From Candidatus Dojkabacteria bacterium (lineage in GTDB: Bacteria; Patescibacteriota; Dojkabacteria; J137), in assembly GCA_030950485.1 (NCBI GenBank), contig JAUZRK010000002.1, forward strand, positions 111 to 64,110: a stretch of DNA of 64,000 nucleotides. Direction: 5' to 3'. Position numbers and translations under genes: made by a program. The notes under the pieces were generated by a model. That model was given only the letters and a program-made list of their open reading frames with translations. It searched no databases and was not told the origin of the DNA. Below, in pieces: positions 1 through 8,833 of this stretch (position 1 is the first letter of the stretch; every line of letters starts with the position of its first letter).

Positions 1-1
1 T

Positions 2-751
2 CCAATTTCAAGAGCATTGGAAGATGATGACTTTAATTATTGGAATAGAAAACAGTTAGAAAATATTTATTATGTTGGCTTTACAAAATATTCAGAAAAA
101 TATCCAAACAAAGTTGCATTTAGTAAAGAAGAAGTTCAACTAACAATTACTAGCTATTTAGATTCACTGGGTATAAAGCAAGTGAAGTACTCTGAAAAAA
201 TAGGTATTGATAAATTAGTAAAATATTTTAATGGTGACAATGGTTTTAAAGGCGAAAATGAAGAATGGGTAGATATCCCTACTCCCTTAAGTGTCTCATC
301 TTTCGATCAATTACCAGGTATGAATGAAGAATGGTTGGCAGAAGAAGTTGTTGATTATATTAAAGAGAAACCGGAAACAAAGTTTGTCCTCGTAAATTTT
401 GTTGCTATTTCTGAAGTTACTAAAACAGGAAATATTGAAGCAACTATAAAAGCTGTAGAAGAAGTTGATAAGAGTATTGGGGTTTTAATGAATAGCGAAC
501 ATTTTAAAGACGCCCTCTTTATAGTTATGTCTGATCATGCAGGTGCTGAAGAAATGTTAAATGTTTTAACTGGAGACAAAATGATGAAAAATTCAACTAA
601 TGATGTACCGCTTGTAATAGCAGCAAAGGATTTAGATAATATAGATCTCCCAAATGGTGAATTGAAAGATATTGCGCCAACTATTTTGAAGTTGTTTGGT
701 ATTGAAATACCACCTGATATGACAGGTAGATCATTAATACCTAAAAAATGA
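2..751 (+). CDS. gpmI: 2,3-bisphosphoglycerate-independent phosphoglycerate mutase, C-terminal ~250 aa (5' end off window)
   Basis: Open frame from the window edge. Motifs match the iPGM C-terminal half: KYFNGDNGF...DIPTP; SDHAGAEEM (compare ADHGNAE); LKDIAPTILKLFGIEIPPDMTGRSLI (compare E. coli [26 protein letters not shown]). TGA stop at 749-751. Confidence 0.8.
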   Translation, partial: PISRALEDDDFNYWNRKQLENIYYVGFTKYSEKYPNKVAFSKEEVQLTITSYLDSLGIKQVKYSEKIGIDKLVKYFNGDNGFKGENEEWVDIPTPLSVSSFDQLPGMNEEWLAEEVVDYIKEKPETKFVLVNFVAISEVTKTGNIEATIKAVEEVDKSIGVLMNSEHFKDALFIVMSDHAGAEEMLNVLTGDKMMKNSTNDVPLVIAAKDLDNIDLPNGELKDIAPTILKLFGIEIPPDMTGRSLIPKK

Positions 752-828
752 GTCATCATTTTTAAATGATTTTAAATATAGTATAATCGATTACTTAGAG
801 TACTTAATTTTTATTATTATTTTTTCTT

Positions 829-2607
829 ATGAGTGAACAGGAACCAAAAACTGTAGAGGAAACTAAACCTCAGACAGGTTCTGCAGACTCTGATGCTCCA
901 GTAGCGAAAACTTCTTCAAACAATATGATGTTTGCAGTAGTTGGAGTAGTTGCATTAGTTGCAGCAGCAATTGCAGGTGCATTTGTATTCTTTAGTGGCG
1001 AATCAGACTCTGATGATACGTTTTCTGAAGATTCTGGAATTTCCGGAATTGAGGAATCTGTTAAAGTAAATGCAAAATCAGCTTTAGAAATTATTGACTT
1101 TGAAAACTTTGATGAAAACAATCTTTCTTCACTAGTTGATTATGATAAAGCTAGAGAGCTAGATTCATCTATTTCAGGCAATGTTCTATTAGGAGGTTCT
1201 GAAATGGATCTTTCTGGTAAAACAGTAGAGATGGCTATGGATATGGCTATCGAAGCTAATGGCGGATCAGACGATAGAAAAGTAGAATTATCAATGGATG
1301 TTTATGTTCAATATCCTGAAAACTACAATGAACTTGGTTTAGATAGTATTGAAAATCTTAATGAATACTTTGCTGAATTAGATGCAAGTGAAATTATGGA
1401 TATGTATCCTGATTTCTTTATTAAGGGTGAATTTAATGTTGACATTCCAGGTCAGAAAGGAAGAGGTGACTTTGAATTAACTGTTGTAGATTTTGTTGGA
1501 TATCTAAAGATCAATGATTTAGAGTTAGCAGGAGTTTCTGCAGCTGAAGTAAATGAAATTAAAGGACAGGTTTTAGCAGTTGATCTATCTGATCAAATCG
1601 AAGAAATGTTGGGACAATATTTAATGATGTTGAATTCTTACACAGGAGATGTAAATCCAGCAGCTGAATTATTAATGCAAGATCCTGAGGAATTACTAAC
1701 TATGATGTTTGATGAGATGCAAGCAGATATGAGCGAGGAAGATGCAGCTACATTAAGAAGAATAGGTCCAAAAATTGTTGATTCTCTTGAAACAACTATT
1801 GATGAATACACTATGTTTACAAATGTTAAATCTCCTGATCCTATAAGATCAGGTTCTGATTCAAAATGTCAAAATGCAGATCTAGACTTTGCAGGTATTT
1901 TAGATACTACTGAAATGGGTATTCTAGACTTAGCTAAAGTAATTTCAGCTGACGAGGCTTACGAGGGAGATGATTATGACTCTATAGAAAGAGATGTAAA
2001 TGATTCTTTTGATGAAGCTAGATCTGAATTAAAAAAATCAGATCTAAGATTTGGATTTACTTTCTGTACTAATAGAGATGAAGAATACATGAGTGGAATG
2101 GGTATGAAAATGGGAGTTAATTCAGATGGACAAGATATTGAAATGTCTGTTAATTATCTGATTGTTGATTTTGATTCAAGTATGGATATTAAAGCTCCTA
2201 AAGTAGATATGGACTTAACAGAATTTGTTATTCCAGCTTTAGAGCAGTCTGGATTTACTGGAGGAACATCTCCACTAGTTCCTGCTGACCCATTTGATTC
2301 TTATGACTATGGAAGTTCTGATTCAAGCTATGATGCTTACTACGAAGAATTTGATGTAATATTTAAGCAATGGTTAGATGGAGACATTACTGATTCAGAG
2401 TATGATGCTTTAATTGAAGAATTAGACATGAAATACTATGGTGATTCTTATGATTCTAGTACTTCAGATTATGGTGATGTAGATTATGAGGCTTATGGAG
2501 ATGAGATTGACTCTCTAACTGATAAGTGGATAAATGGTGATGTTTCTGATGAAGAATACATTAAGAAATCTATACTAAATATTATGGTGAACTATACTAA
2601 TATTTAG
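829..2607 (+). CDS. Membrane-anchored, extremely acidic (D/E-rich) protein with two C-terminal SHOCT-like repeats
   Basis: 592-aa ORF. Short N-tail, then one TM helix (MMFAVVGVVALVAAAIAGAFVFF), then a long acidic domain. C-terminus has two repeats, KQWLDGDITDSEYDALIEEL and DKWINGDVSDEEYIKKSIL (nt ~2341-2577), resembling the SHOCT motif. A rho-independent terminator follows. Confidence 0.6.
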   Translation: MSEQEPKTVEETKPQTGSADSDAPVAKTSSNNMMFAVVGVVALVAAAIAGAFVFFSGESDSDDTFSEDSGISGIEESVKVNAKSALEIIDFENFDENNLSSLVDYDKARELDSSISGNVLLGGSEMDLSGKTVEMAMDMAIEANGGSDDRKVELSMDVYVQYPENYNELGLDSIENLNEYFAELDASEIMDMYPDFFIKGEFNVDIPGQKGRGDFELTVVDFVGYLKINDLELAGVSAAEVNEIKGQVLAVDLSDQIEEMLGQYLMMLNSYTGDVNPAAELLMQDPEELLTMMFDEMQADMSEEDAATLRRIGPKIVDSLETTIDEYTMFTNVKSPDPIRSGSDSKCQNADLDFAGILDTTEMGILDLAKVISADEAYEGDDYDSIERDVNDSFDEARSELKKSDLRFGFTFCTNRDEEYMSGMGMKMGVNSDGQDIEMSVNYLIVDFDSSMDIKAPKVDMDLTEFVIPALEQSGFTGGTSPLVPADPFDSYDYGSSDSSYDAYYEEFDVIFKQWLDGDITDSEYDALIEELDMKYYGDSYDSSTSDYGDVDYEAYGDEIDSLTDKWINGDVSDEEYIKKSILNIMVNYTNI

Positions 2608-2622
2608 TTTATAAGGATTTTA

Positions 2623-2652
2623 AAAGAACCCCATTTATGGGGTTCTTTTTTT
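2623..2652 (+). terminator. Rho-independent terminator (bidirectional hairpin)
   Basis: GAACCCCA-TTTA-TGGGGTTC stem-loop followed by TTTTTTT, sitting between convergent genes. Confidence 0.75.
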
Positions 2653-2655
2653 AAC

Positions 2656-3447
2656 TTAATTTTCAACGATTTTCTTTCCTTGTATAATTTGTTGAATATA
2701 GAATTCTTTCTTGTCGGGATATAATATATATCCCTCGCTACCCCATAAAAACTGAGTTAACCCTCTAAGGCTACTGTATTCTTTTATCTTTGCTAATACT
2801 ATTTCAGTTTCTAATCCATACTCTATAATAAAATCTTCAACATTATTGTCAAACTCTTCCTCAAGGTTCTGAAAATCAAAGTCTATTAGATAGGCTTTAT
2901 CATTTCTGAATATTATGTTTTGTGGATTCAAGTCTCCGTGTGATAACACAATTTTAAGAGGTTCAACGGTATTCTTTTTTAAATATCTAAGTGTATTATT
3001 TATAAATTCTATATCATTTTTCTCAAGCTTATCTTTGATACGACTATAAACTATATTTATATAATCAATCCCATTTTTATAAAAATTATCTTTTCCATTT
3101 TGCTCTACCGAATGAAATTTTTTAAGACTTTTAATCAGTGAAGCAATCTCTTTATAAACTAGTTCTTGTTTTGGATGGTATCGATCTATGTAATCAATTA
3201 ATATGTATGTTGACCCATTTTCTAACACCCCTACTTCATATGATTTAGGAGTTACGCCTGTACTTTCTAGATTTTTATATATTCTATTCTGTTCAGAATA
3301 ATTTCATTCATGATGGCTAGATATTTTTAAAACATAATCCCCTGTGTTTGTGACAATTTTAAGATTACTGCTTCTAAGTCCATTGGGGAGTTCGCTTGTA
3401 TTTATTACTTTTTTATCATTAAAAAATTCGAATTTAGATATATCCAT
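2656..3447 (-). pseudogene. APH/choline-kinase-family phosphotransferase interrupted by an in-frame TGA (codon 48, nt 3304-3306)
   Basis: Reverse-strand frame reads MDISKFEFFNDKKVINTSELPNGLRSSNLKIVTNTGDYVLKISSHHE * NYSEQNRIYKN...VGVLENGSTYILIDY...HGDLNPQNIIF...LIDFDF. The kinase catalytic motifs (HGDLNPQN, DFD) lie downstream of the stop. The 6-frame track reports only the 3' part, 2656-3228. Confidence 0.6.
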
Positions 3448-3616
3448 TAGTTACTTCTTTTTTATAAGTGTACCACAGAATTTGAGGAAGTTTAGCAAGT
3501 CAATTAACTATACAATATGTAATTTTTTTACCCATTTTTATTTAGAGATTCTAGGAAGATTATTAACTAGAGTATTTATTTGCAATTTGACAATTGAAGA
3601 TTGAAATTTATTTGAA

Positions 3617-3688
3617 AGGTGTAGGCGGGGATCGAACCCGCGAATAACGGTTTTGCAGACCGACGCCTTACCACTTGGCTACTACACC
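3617..3688 (-). tRNA. tRNA-Cys (anticodon GCA)
   Basis: Reverse complement GGTGTAGTAGCCAAGTGGTAAGGCGTCGGTCTGCAAAACCGTTATTCGCGGGTTCGATCCCCGCCTACACC(T) folds as a cloverleaf. Acceptor GGTGTAG/CTACACC; T-arm GCGGG-TTCGATC-CCCGC; anticodon loop CTGCAAA; discriminator U; CCA not encoded. Confidence 0.88.
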
Positions 3689-3799
3689 TTGATGTGTGCA
3701 ATTTTAATAATACTTATTTTACAAGCTTTTTACCATCCCGATAGTAAATCGGGACTAAGATCTTGCTATTCTCGTTTCACTCGAATGCAATCTCTTGAG

Positions 3800-3814
3800 C
3801 TTGGGTACTACACC
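3800..3814 (-). repeat. Duplicated 5' fragment of tRNA-Cys (GGTGTAGTACCCAAG, 14/15 identical to tRNA positions 1-15), not a complete tRNA
   Basis: Same strand, about 110 nt upstream of the tRNA. No matching 3' acceptor strand or T-loop downstream. A hairpin (TTTTGAG...CTCAAAA) sits beside it. Confidence 0.5.
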
Positions 3815-4035
3815 ACAGAATTATGAGTTTTGAGTAGCGAGTTTAGAGCTAGCTCAAAATTCAACATTATTTTTAAAGAGTGAATAAATAACTTTATGAT
3901 TATACTAATTATTCTAATTGTACTAGAAGTACCTTGGTCGAAATTATTATAGCAGAGAAAAATAGTTAATAGCTACTTATAAGAGTTTAACTTACTAGAA
4001 CAATTAGATAAATTAGAAATTAGAATAATTCTATT

Positions 4036-4725
4036 TTATCTCTCTTCTTGCCAGAAAAACCCATCATTAGTTACAACTATCTTACCTCTAACTTCCATAT
4101 CATACTCAACATAAGATCCTCCTTTACTAGGTTGAGGTACACTGTCTATAAATACCTTATAGAAAGATTTTTTAAAACTACCCTTACCTCTTATTGTAGA
4201 GGCAATATCTCTATATGTATCATCATTACCTCCAACTGTTATTTTTGAAGTCATTCCACTTTTTCGATCATTTTCAACATCATCGTCCGAATATTCAGCA
4301 CTTATAGTATTAAATTTATAAGCAGTCTCAAAGTTTAACAGTATAAATTCATCCTTAAATTTAATAATCTCTCCTCCAAATTCAAATGTATCCCCATATA
4401 ATTTATAAGTTTCAGACTCTTCCTCTATTAAATCTGGGTTTGGATTATCCTCTCCAACAAATAGTCTTGATAAAGCTGACTGATCTGATTCTATTGGAGT
4501 TATAGTTACTTCAAAATATTTACCTAAATCATCTTCCTGAATTTCACTAATTACAACTTCTGCAACATCCTTGTCCTCAGTAAACACTTTATATGTATGT
4601 AGCCAACTAGCTATAAATATTAGAAATACTGATATAAAGCAAGATATTAGAAATAATATTATTAATATAAGACCAGCTGTTGATTTAAATAAATTCTTCA
4701 TAGTGAAATTATACATTATTAACAT
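4036..4725 (-). CDS. Hypothetical membrane-anchored protein
   Basis: 229-aa ORF with an N-terminal TM segment (LILIILFLISCFISVFLIFIASWL); no recognisable domain. Confidence 0.55.
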   Translation of the reverse strand: MLIMYNFTMKNLFKSTAGLILIILFLISCFISVFLIFIASWLHTYKVFTEDKDVAEVVISEIQEDDLGKYFEVTITPIESDQSALSRLFVGEDNPNPDLIEEESETYKLYGDTFEFGGEIIKFKDEFILLNFETAYKFNTISAEYSDDDVENDRKSGMTSKITVGGNDDTYRDIASTIRGKGSFKKSFYKVFIDSVPQPSKGGSYVEYDMEVRGKIVVTNDGFFWQEER

Positions 4726-4753
4726 CTATTTATACAGAACTAAAAGAGGTATA

Positions 4754-5275
4754 ATGTATTATATGAAACAATTAAGACCAAAAGAAATAAAAAAGAAATT
4801 TAAGCGAACTAAAAGAGAAAAGACTGTCTATGTTATAGCTGAGAATATTCAATACGCTAGAAATGTAGCTAGTATGTTTAGAACAGCAGATGCTGCTGGA
4901 GTTCGAAGAATTTATCTAACTGGAATTTCACATACACCTCCTTTTGGTAAAGAACTAGTAAAAGTCTCAAGAAGCAAAGAAAGAAATGTCGCATGGATGA
5001 GTAGAAAGGTGGCAAATAAAACTATTGACCTACTTAGAAGAGAAGGTTTTTTTACAATCGCTGTTGAATTAACAGATAGATCAATTGATATGAGTGAATT
5101 GCCAGAGATAGCAGATGAACACGATAAAATTTGTTTAGTTGTTGGTAGCGAGGTTCATGGTGTTACTAAAGCAACATTAGAGTCGTGTGATTTATCAGTA
5201 CATATACCAATGTATGGAGCTGGTAAGAGTATTAACGTTGCTCTAAGTCTAGGAATCATTCTTTGGCAACTTTAA
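4754..5275 (+). CDS. SpoU/TrmH-family RNA 2'-O-methyltransferase
   Basis: The ORF track begins at 4571 and overlaps the upstream gene. ATG at 4754 has an AGAGGT RBS and is the likely start. SPOUT motifs: AENIQYARNVASMFRTADAAGVRRIYL, LVVGSEVHGV, IPMYG..SINVALSLGIIL. Confidence 0.75.
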   Translation: MYYMKQLRPKEIKKKFKRTKREKTVYVIAENIQYARNVASMFRTADAAGVRRIYLTGISHTPPFGKELVKVSRSKERNVAWMSRKVANKTIDLLRREGFFTIAVELTDRSIDMSELPEIADEHDKICLVVGSEVHGVTKATLESCDLSVHIPMYGAGKSINVALSLGIILWQL

Positions 5276-6337
5276 GCCTTTAATTATACTCCTCTGCCCC
5301 CAGTGATCTGAAAAATATATTGGGTCGACGTCATCATGTCTTATAAAATCTAGGCCACTACTAATTAAACTATAATCAATCCTCCATAGTTTTAAACCAT
5401 TATCTTCCCAAGTAGCGGGAAATAAAACTCTTGATTTTGTATAAGAATCTTTTGTTAGTTTTAAAAGGTTATTCATACTCCCCATTGCCTTCGTTGAATT
5501 AAAATCACCTGCGATGATATATTGATTATTGTTGTCTTTAACATCATCTAATAAGGTATCAAAATAATACTTTCTAATCTCAAACTTACTTTTAATGTTT
5601 TCAATAACAGTTCCTTGTCCATAAAACTGGACTGGCATATGGACATTATAAACAGTTAAAATTTCATTATTGCCAAGATCAACATCTAATCTCGTCCAAT
5701 ATTTTTTTCTTACTGTATTTTCGTCTACAAATGGATACTTACTAATTGTTAGCATGTCTTCATAAGCATCTACATAATAGTCTTGAAATTCATTCCCTAC
5801 TCTATTCTTCTCATTATTATAGTAAAAATAGTCAAAAGTCTCTGAAGGACTTAAGACTCCAAACTCTTGAAGAGTATATATATCAGCTTCTTGGGATTTT
5901 ATATGACTTATAAAATGGTCAATATTATTATCAGGCTCCCAATAAAGTGTATTCCAGTTAAATAACACTAAAACCTCGTCCCTACTAAAATCATCATATT
6001 TAGCGAGCTTATTTTCAATGTAATTTAAATTTATATCAGATATTGGAAGACTAAGGAAAACTGAAATCAGGAGCAATACTATAATAACAAAAGTTTTCCG
6101 GTTTACATTTTTAAAATCCTTTACTTTACTATCCTTGTTAGCCAGTGCTTTATAGGCTAAGAAGAGAAATGTAAATGATAGAGAAATTAAAACATAAGTC
6201 ATTGGAGGAATTACTGAAGTTAAGTTCCAAAACCAAAATTTACCAATTAGAAAATGATGACTAAGAAGATATGAAAGCCAAAATAAACTGGCTGTAAATA
6301 TTAAATTGTTCCTAATCTTTTTAAATAATTGATTCAT
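5249..6337 (-). CDS. Endonuclease/exonuclease/phosphatase (EEP) family membrane protein
   Basis: 362 aa. N-terminal TM helices, then an EEP-like catalytic region ending IDYSLISSGL...FSDHWGQ (typical EEP C-terminal SDH motif). Confidence 0.65.
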   Translation of the reverse strand: MNQLFKKIRNNLIFTASLFWLSYLLSHHFLIGKFWFWNLTSVIPPMTYVLISLSFTFLFLAYKALANKDSKVKDFKNVNRKTFVIIVLLLISVFLSLPISDINLNYIENKLAKYDDFSRDEVLVLFNWNTLYWEPDNNIDHFISHIKSQEADIYTLQEFGVLSPSETFDYFYYNNEKNRVGNEFQDYYVDAYEDMLTISKYPFVDENTVRKKYWTRLDVDLGNNEILTVYNVHMPVQFYGQGTVIENIKSKFEIRKYYFDTLLDDVKDNNNQYIIAGDFNSTKAMGSMNNLLKLTKDSYTKSRVLFPATWEDNGLKLWRIDYSLISSGLDFIRHDDVDPIYFSDHWGQRSIIKGLKLPKNDS

Positions 6338-6437
6338 TTCTCTATTATATTACAGATAGAAGACACTCGCGTAAGAAAATAGTGACTTAAATAGGGTGTA
6401 GTTAAACTACACCCTATCAGTATTACTCTACGATCTA

Positions 6438-6875
6438 TTAAAATGGAAGATCGTCAGGATTTATTGTTTCATCAGAAGATGCCCCTTGTGAACTGTTTCC
6501 AGATGACTGTTGAAAGTCAGATCCGCTGTTGTCTCCTTCTCCTCCAGTGTATCTAGAGATTAGGATTACTTTATCTACTATCACTTCAGTTCTATAGTTT
6601 TTCTTACCATCGTCAGAATCCCAACTTCTAGTATGAGATCTTCCTTCTAAGAAAACTCTAGTTCCTTTTTGTAGTCTTTTTGCTAAAGATTCAGCATTTC
6701 TCCAAACTACTATATTATGGAAACTAACTTCGTCTTTCCACTCTTCACCAACTCTATAACTTCTATTTGTTGCAAGTGAAAAGTTTAATACTGCTGCTCC
6801 ACTTGGTGTGAATCTAAGTTCTGGGTCTCTTACAACATTTCCCATTAACTCGATTTTATTGATATCTCCGAACAT
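6438..6875 (-). CDS. ssb: Single-stranded DNA-binding protein
   Basis: OB-fold N-terminus (IELMGNVVRDPELRFTPSGAAVLNFSLATN), a G/S/Q-rich linker, and the acidic C-terminal tail DDLPF. Confidence 0.9.
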   Translation of the reverse strand: MFGDINKIELMGNVVRDPELRFTPSGAAVLNFSLATNRSYRVGEEWKDEVSFHNIVVWRNAESLAKRLQKGTRVFLEGRSHTRSWDSDDGKKNYRTEVIVDKVILISRYTGGEGDNSGSDFQQSSGNSSQGASSDETINPDDLPF

Positions 6876-7101
6876 AAAATATATTTAACAATTAAGAATT
6901 AGCAAATAATAATTAGAATAACTAAATAAAATCTATTTTTAATTAATTAATCTAATTAACCTATACAAGATAATACTCTATAAACTATAAACTTTACAAA
7001 GGTATTATATATTAAGTGTAAGATTCTTGTAATGATTATAAAATCAGTCTAAAAGAAAATATGACTCTTTAATGTTAAAATCTTAGTGATTAATTATCAA
7101 T

Positions 7102-8004
7102 ATGAGTAAGACAAACAACTTACCAAAAGATTATCAAGGAATTGTATATCAGATCATTAGACCTACTGGTCTTTTAGATCCAGTTCTAGATATAAGACCT
7201 TCATTACCTGAAAACTTTGAAAAACTGAAAATAGAATTGGAAAGATGTAATTACACTATGTTTGACAGTTATAAAGCAACTGAATGGGAGGATCCTCAAA
7301 TTCCAGATTTATTGAAGGAAATAAAAAAAAGAATTCATAATAACGAGAGAGTTTTAGTTACTACGCTAACTAAAAAAATGTCAGAAGAGCTAGCAAACTA
7401 TTTGATAGAAAAAGATATTAAAGCTAAATACCTTCACTCAGACATCGATACAGTTGAGAGAGTTGAAATTTTAAGAGATTTAAGAATGGGGAAATATGAT
7501 GTAGTTGTTGGAATTAACCTGCTAAGAGAAGGATTAGATTTGCCAGAAGTATCACTAGTAGCAATACTAGATGCTGATAAAGAGGGTTTTTTAAGATCAG
7601 ATACTTCTCTCCTTCAAACAATTGGAAGAGCAGCTAGAAACCTAAATGGTAAAGTTATAATGTATGCGGATAAAGTTACAGGCTCTATGCAAAGAGCTAT
7701 AGATGAAACAATCAGAAGAAGAGAGATCCAGGCGAAATATAACATTGATCATGGCATTACTCCAAAAAGTATTCAAAAAGCTATAGGGAACCAGCTAGAG
7801 CGATTTCAAGATGACAAAGATGATAAAGAAGATGAGAATGAGGCGAATATAATCAGTCGAGCGGAAAGTTTTAAAATTATGACTAAGAAAGATAGGAAGA
7901 AGTTCTTAAAAGAACTTGAATTTCAGATGTTGTTATATGCTGATCTAATGGAATTTGAGAAGGCTGCGGAGATGAGAGATTTACTTAATGAATTAAAGAA
8001 GTAA
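7102..8004 (+). CDS. uvrB: UvrB C-terminal half only (helicase domain 2 plus UVR motif); N-terminal ~400 aa absent; likely gene remnant
   Basis: [11 protein letters not shown]...[12 protein letters not shown]...[57 protein letters not shown]...TIGRAARN aligns with E. coli UvrB from about residue 410 to the end. No ATP-binding N-terminal domain anywhere in the window. Upstream is AT-rich intergenic DNA shared with divergent ssb. Confidence 0.8.
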   Translation: MSKTNNLPKDYQGIVYQIIRPTGLLDPVLDIRPSLPENFEKLKIELERCNYTMFDSYKATEWEDPQIPDLLKEIKKRIHNNERVLVTTLTKKMSEELANYLIEKDIKAKYLHSDIDTVERVEILRDLRMGKYDVVVGINLLREGLDLPEVSLVAILDADKEGFLRSDTSLLQTIGRAARNLNGKVIMYADKVTGSMQRAIDETIRRREIQAKYNIDHGITPKSIQKAIGNQLERFQDDKDDKEDENEANIISRAESFKIMTKKDRKKFLKELEFQMLLYADLMEFEKAAEMRDLLNELKK

Positions 8005-8127
8005 AAAGTAAAAAGTAAAAAGTAAAAAGTAACAAGTAAAAAGTAACAAGTAAAAAGCTCAAAGCAAAAAGCAAAAAACAAAAAACAAAAAACAAAAAAC
8101 AAAAAACAACAAGTAAAAAGTAAAAGA
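8001..8127. repeat. Tandem heptanucleotide A-tract repeat array, 18 units of GTAAAAA / GCAAAAA / ACAAAAA and variants
   Basis: (GTAAAAA)3 GTAACAA GTAAAAA GTAACAA GTAAAAA GCTCAAA (GCAAAAA)2 (ACAAAAA)4 ACAACAA GTAAAAA GTAAAAG GTAAAAG, starting inside the uvrB stop codon. Confidence 0.9.
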
Positions 8128-8430
8128 TAGCAGGTGAAGAGCACAATGAGTGCAGAATTAAGAATGATCATGGAGGCATTAAAATATGTAGAAAGTTTAT
8201 AGTATATTGCTGATCATATTTCTAACAATTGAGTTGCTCCAGATATTACTATTGTTAGATCTATAGTATCTTCCTTTAATTATTCATTTAGAATTTTAAA
8301 TAATACACAGTCACTCTTGCTACGGCCTTCTTCTTTGCTTTTTACTTTGTATTTTGTTCTTCTATTCCGAGTGATATAATTCATTGATGAATAAAGATCA
8401 AATGAATAATATATGTAAATAATTAATTAG

Positions 8431-8820
8431 ATGTCAGCGGATTTCGAACAACCAGATGACAATAGCGAAGAATATAGACCTCAAGCTGAAATAACTGCAG
8501 ATAAAGAAGCCTTGTTAGAGAGGGCTAAGATTATAGCGGAGAGAGTTACAGAGTTCGGGGAATACGCTATGAGCTTGCTTGAATCTGCAGAAGACTCATT
8601 CGATGAAGGAGACACAACAAATTTCTTACCTACTATTACAACAGCACTACAAATATTTACTAAGATAAGACCTTTAGTTGATATAGCAACTAGGATTGTT
8701 AAATTAGATGATGAGATTTCATTGGAAGAATTACAAACTATGAGTAGCTTTGAAGACCACATTAGTCAATTAGAATTTGATAGTGGGTTAGATGATAAAG
8801 AGAGAGATATTGAGTTTTAG
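8431..8820 (+). CDS. Hypothetical acidic protein
   Basis: 129-aa ORF, D/E-rich, no recognisable motif. Confidence 0.5.
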   Translation: MSADFEQPDDNSEEYRPQAEITADKEALLERAKIIAERVTEFGEYAMSLLESAEDSFDEGDTTNFLPTITTALQIFTKIRPLVDIATRIVKLDDEISLEELQTMSSFEDHISQLEFDSGLDDKERDIEF

Positions 8821-8833
8821 TAAAATGGATTCT

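Noticed and set aside
3344-3604. Plus-strand 86-aa ORF
   Set aside because: Antisense to the N-terminal part of the phosphotransferase gene, low-complexity hydrophobic translation, no RBS.
3690-3815. A second tRNA gene next to tRNA-Cys
   Set aside because: Only the first 15 nt resemble a tRNA. There is no T-loop (GTTCGA-like) and no 3' acceptor strand complementary to GGTGTAG, and the hairpins present do not form a cloverleaf.
6876-7101. SOS (LexA) box between ssb and uvrB
   Set aside because: No CGAAC-N4-GTTCG or CTGT-N8-ACAG-type motif is present; the region is just AT-rich.
8001-8127. CRISPR array
   Set aside because: The units are 7 bp and contiguous, with no unique spacers and no cas genes. 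This is a simple-sequence tandem repeat.
7923-8171. Minus-strand 82-aa ORF (FLFFVFCFLFF...)
   Set aside because: It is the translation of the T-rich complement of the heptamer repeat: low complexity, no start context, spurious.
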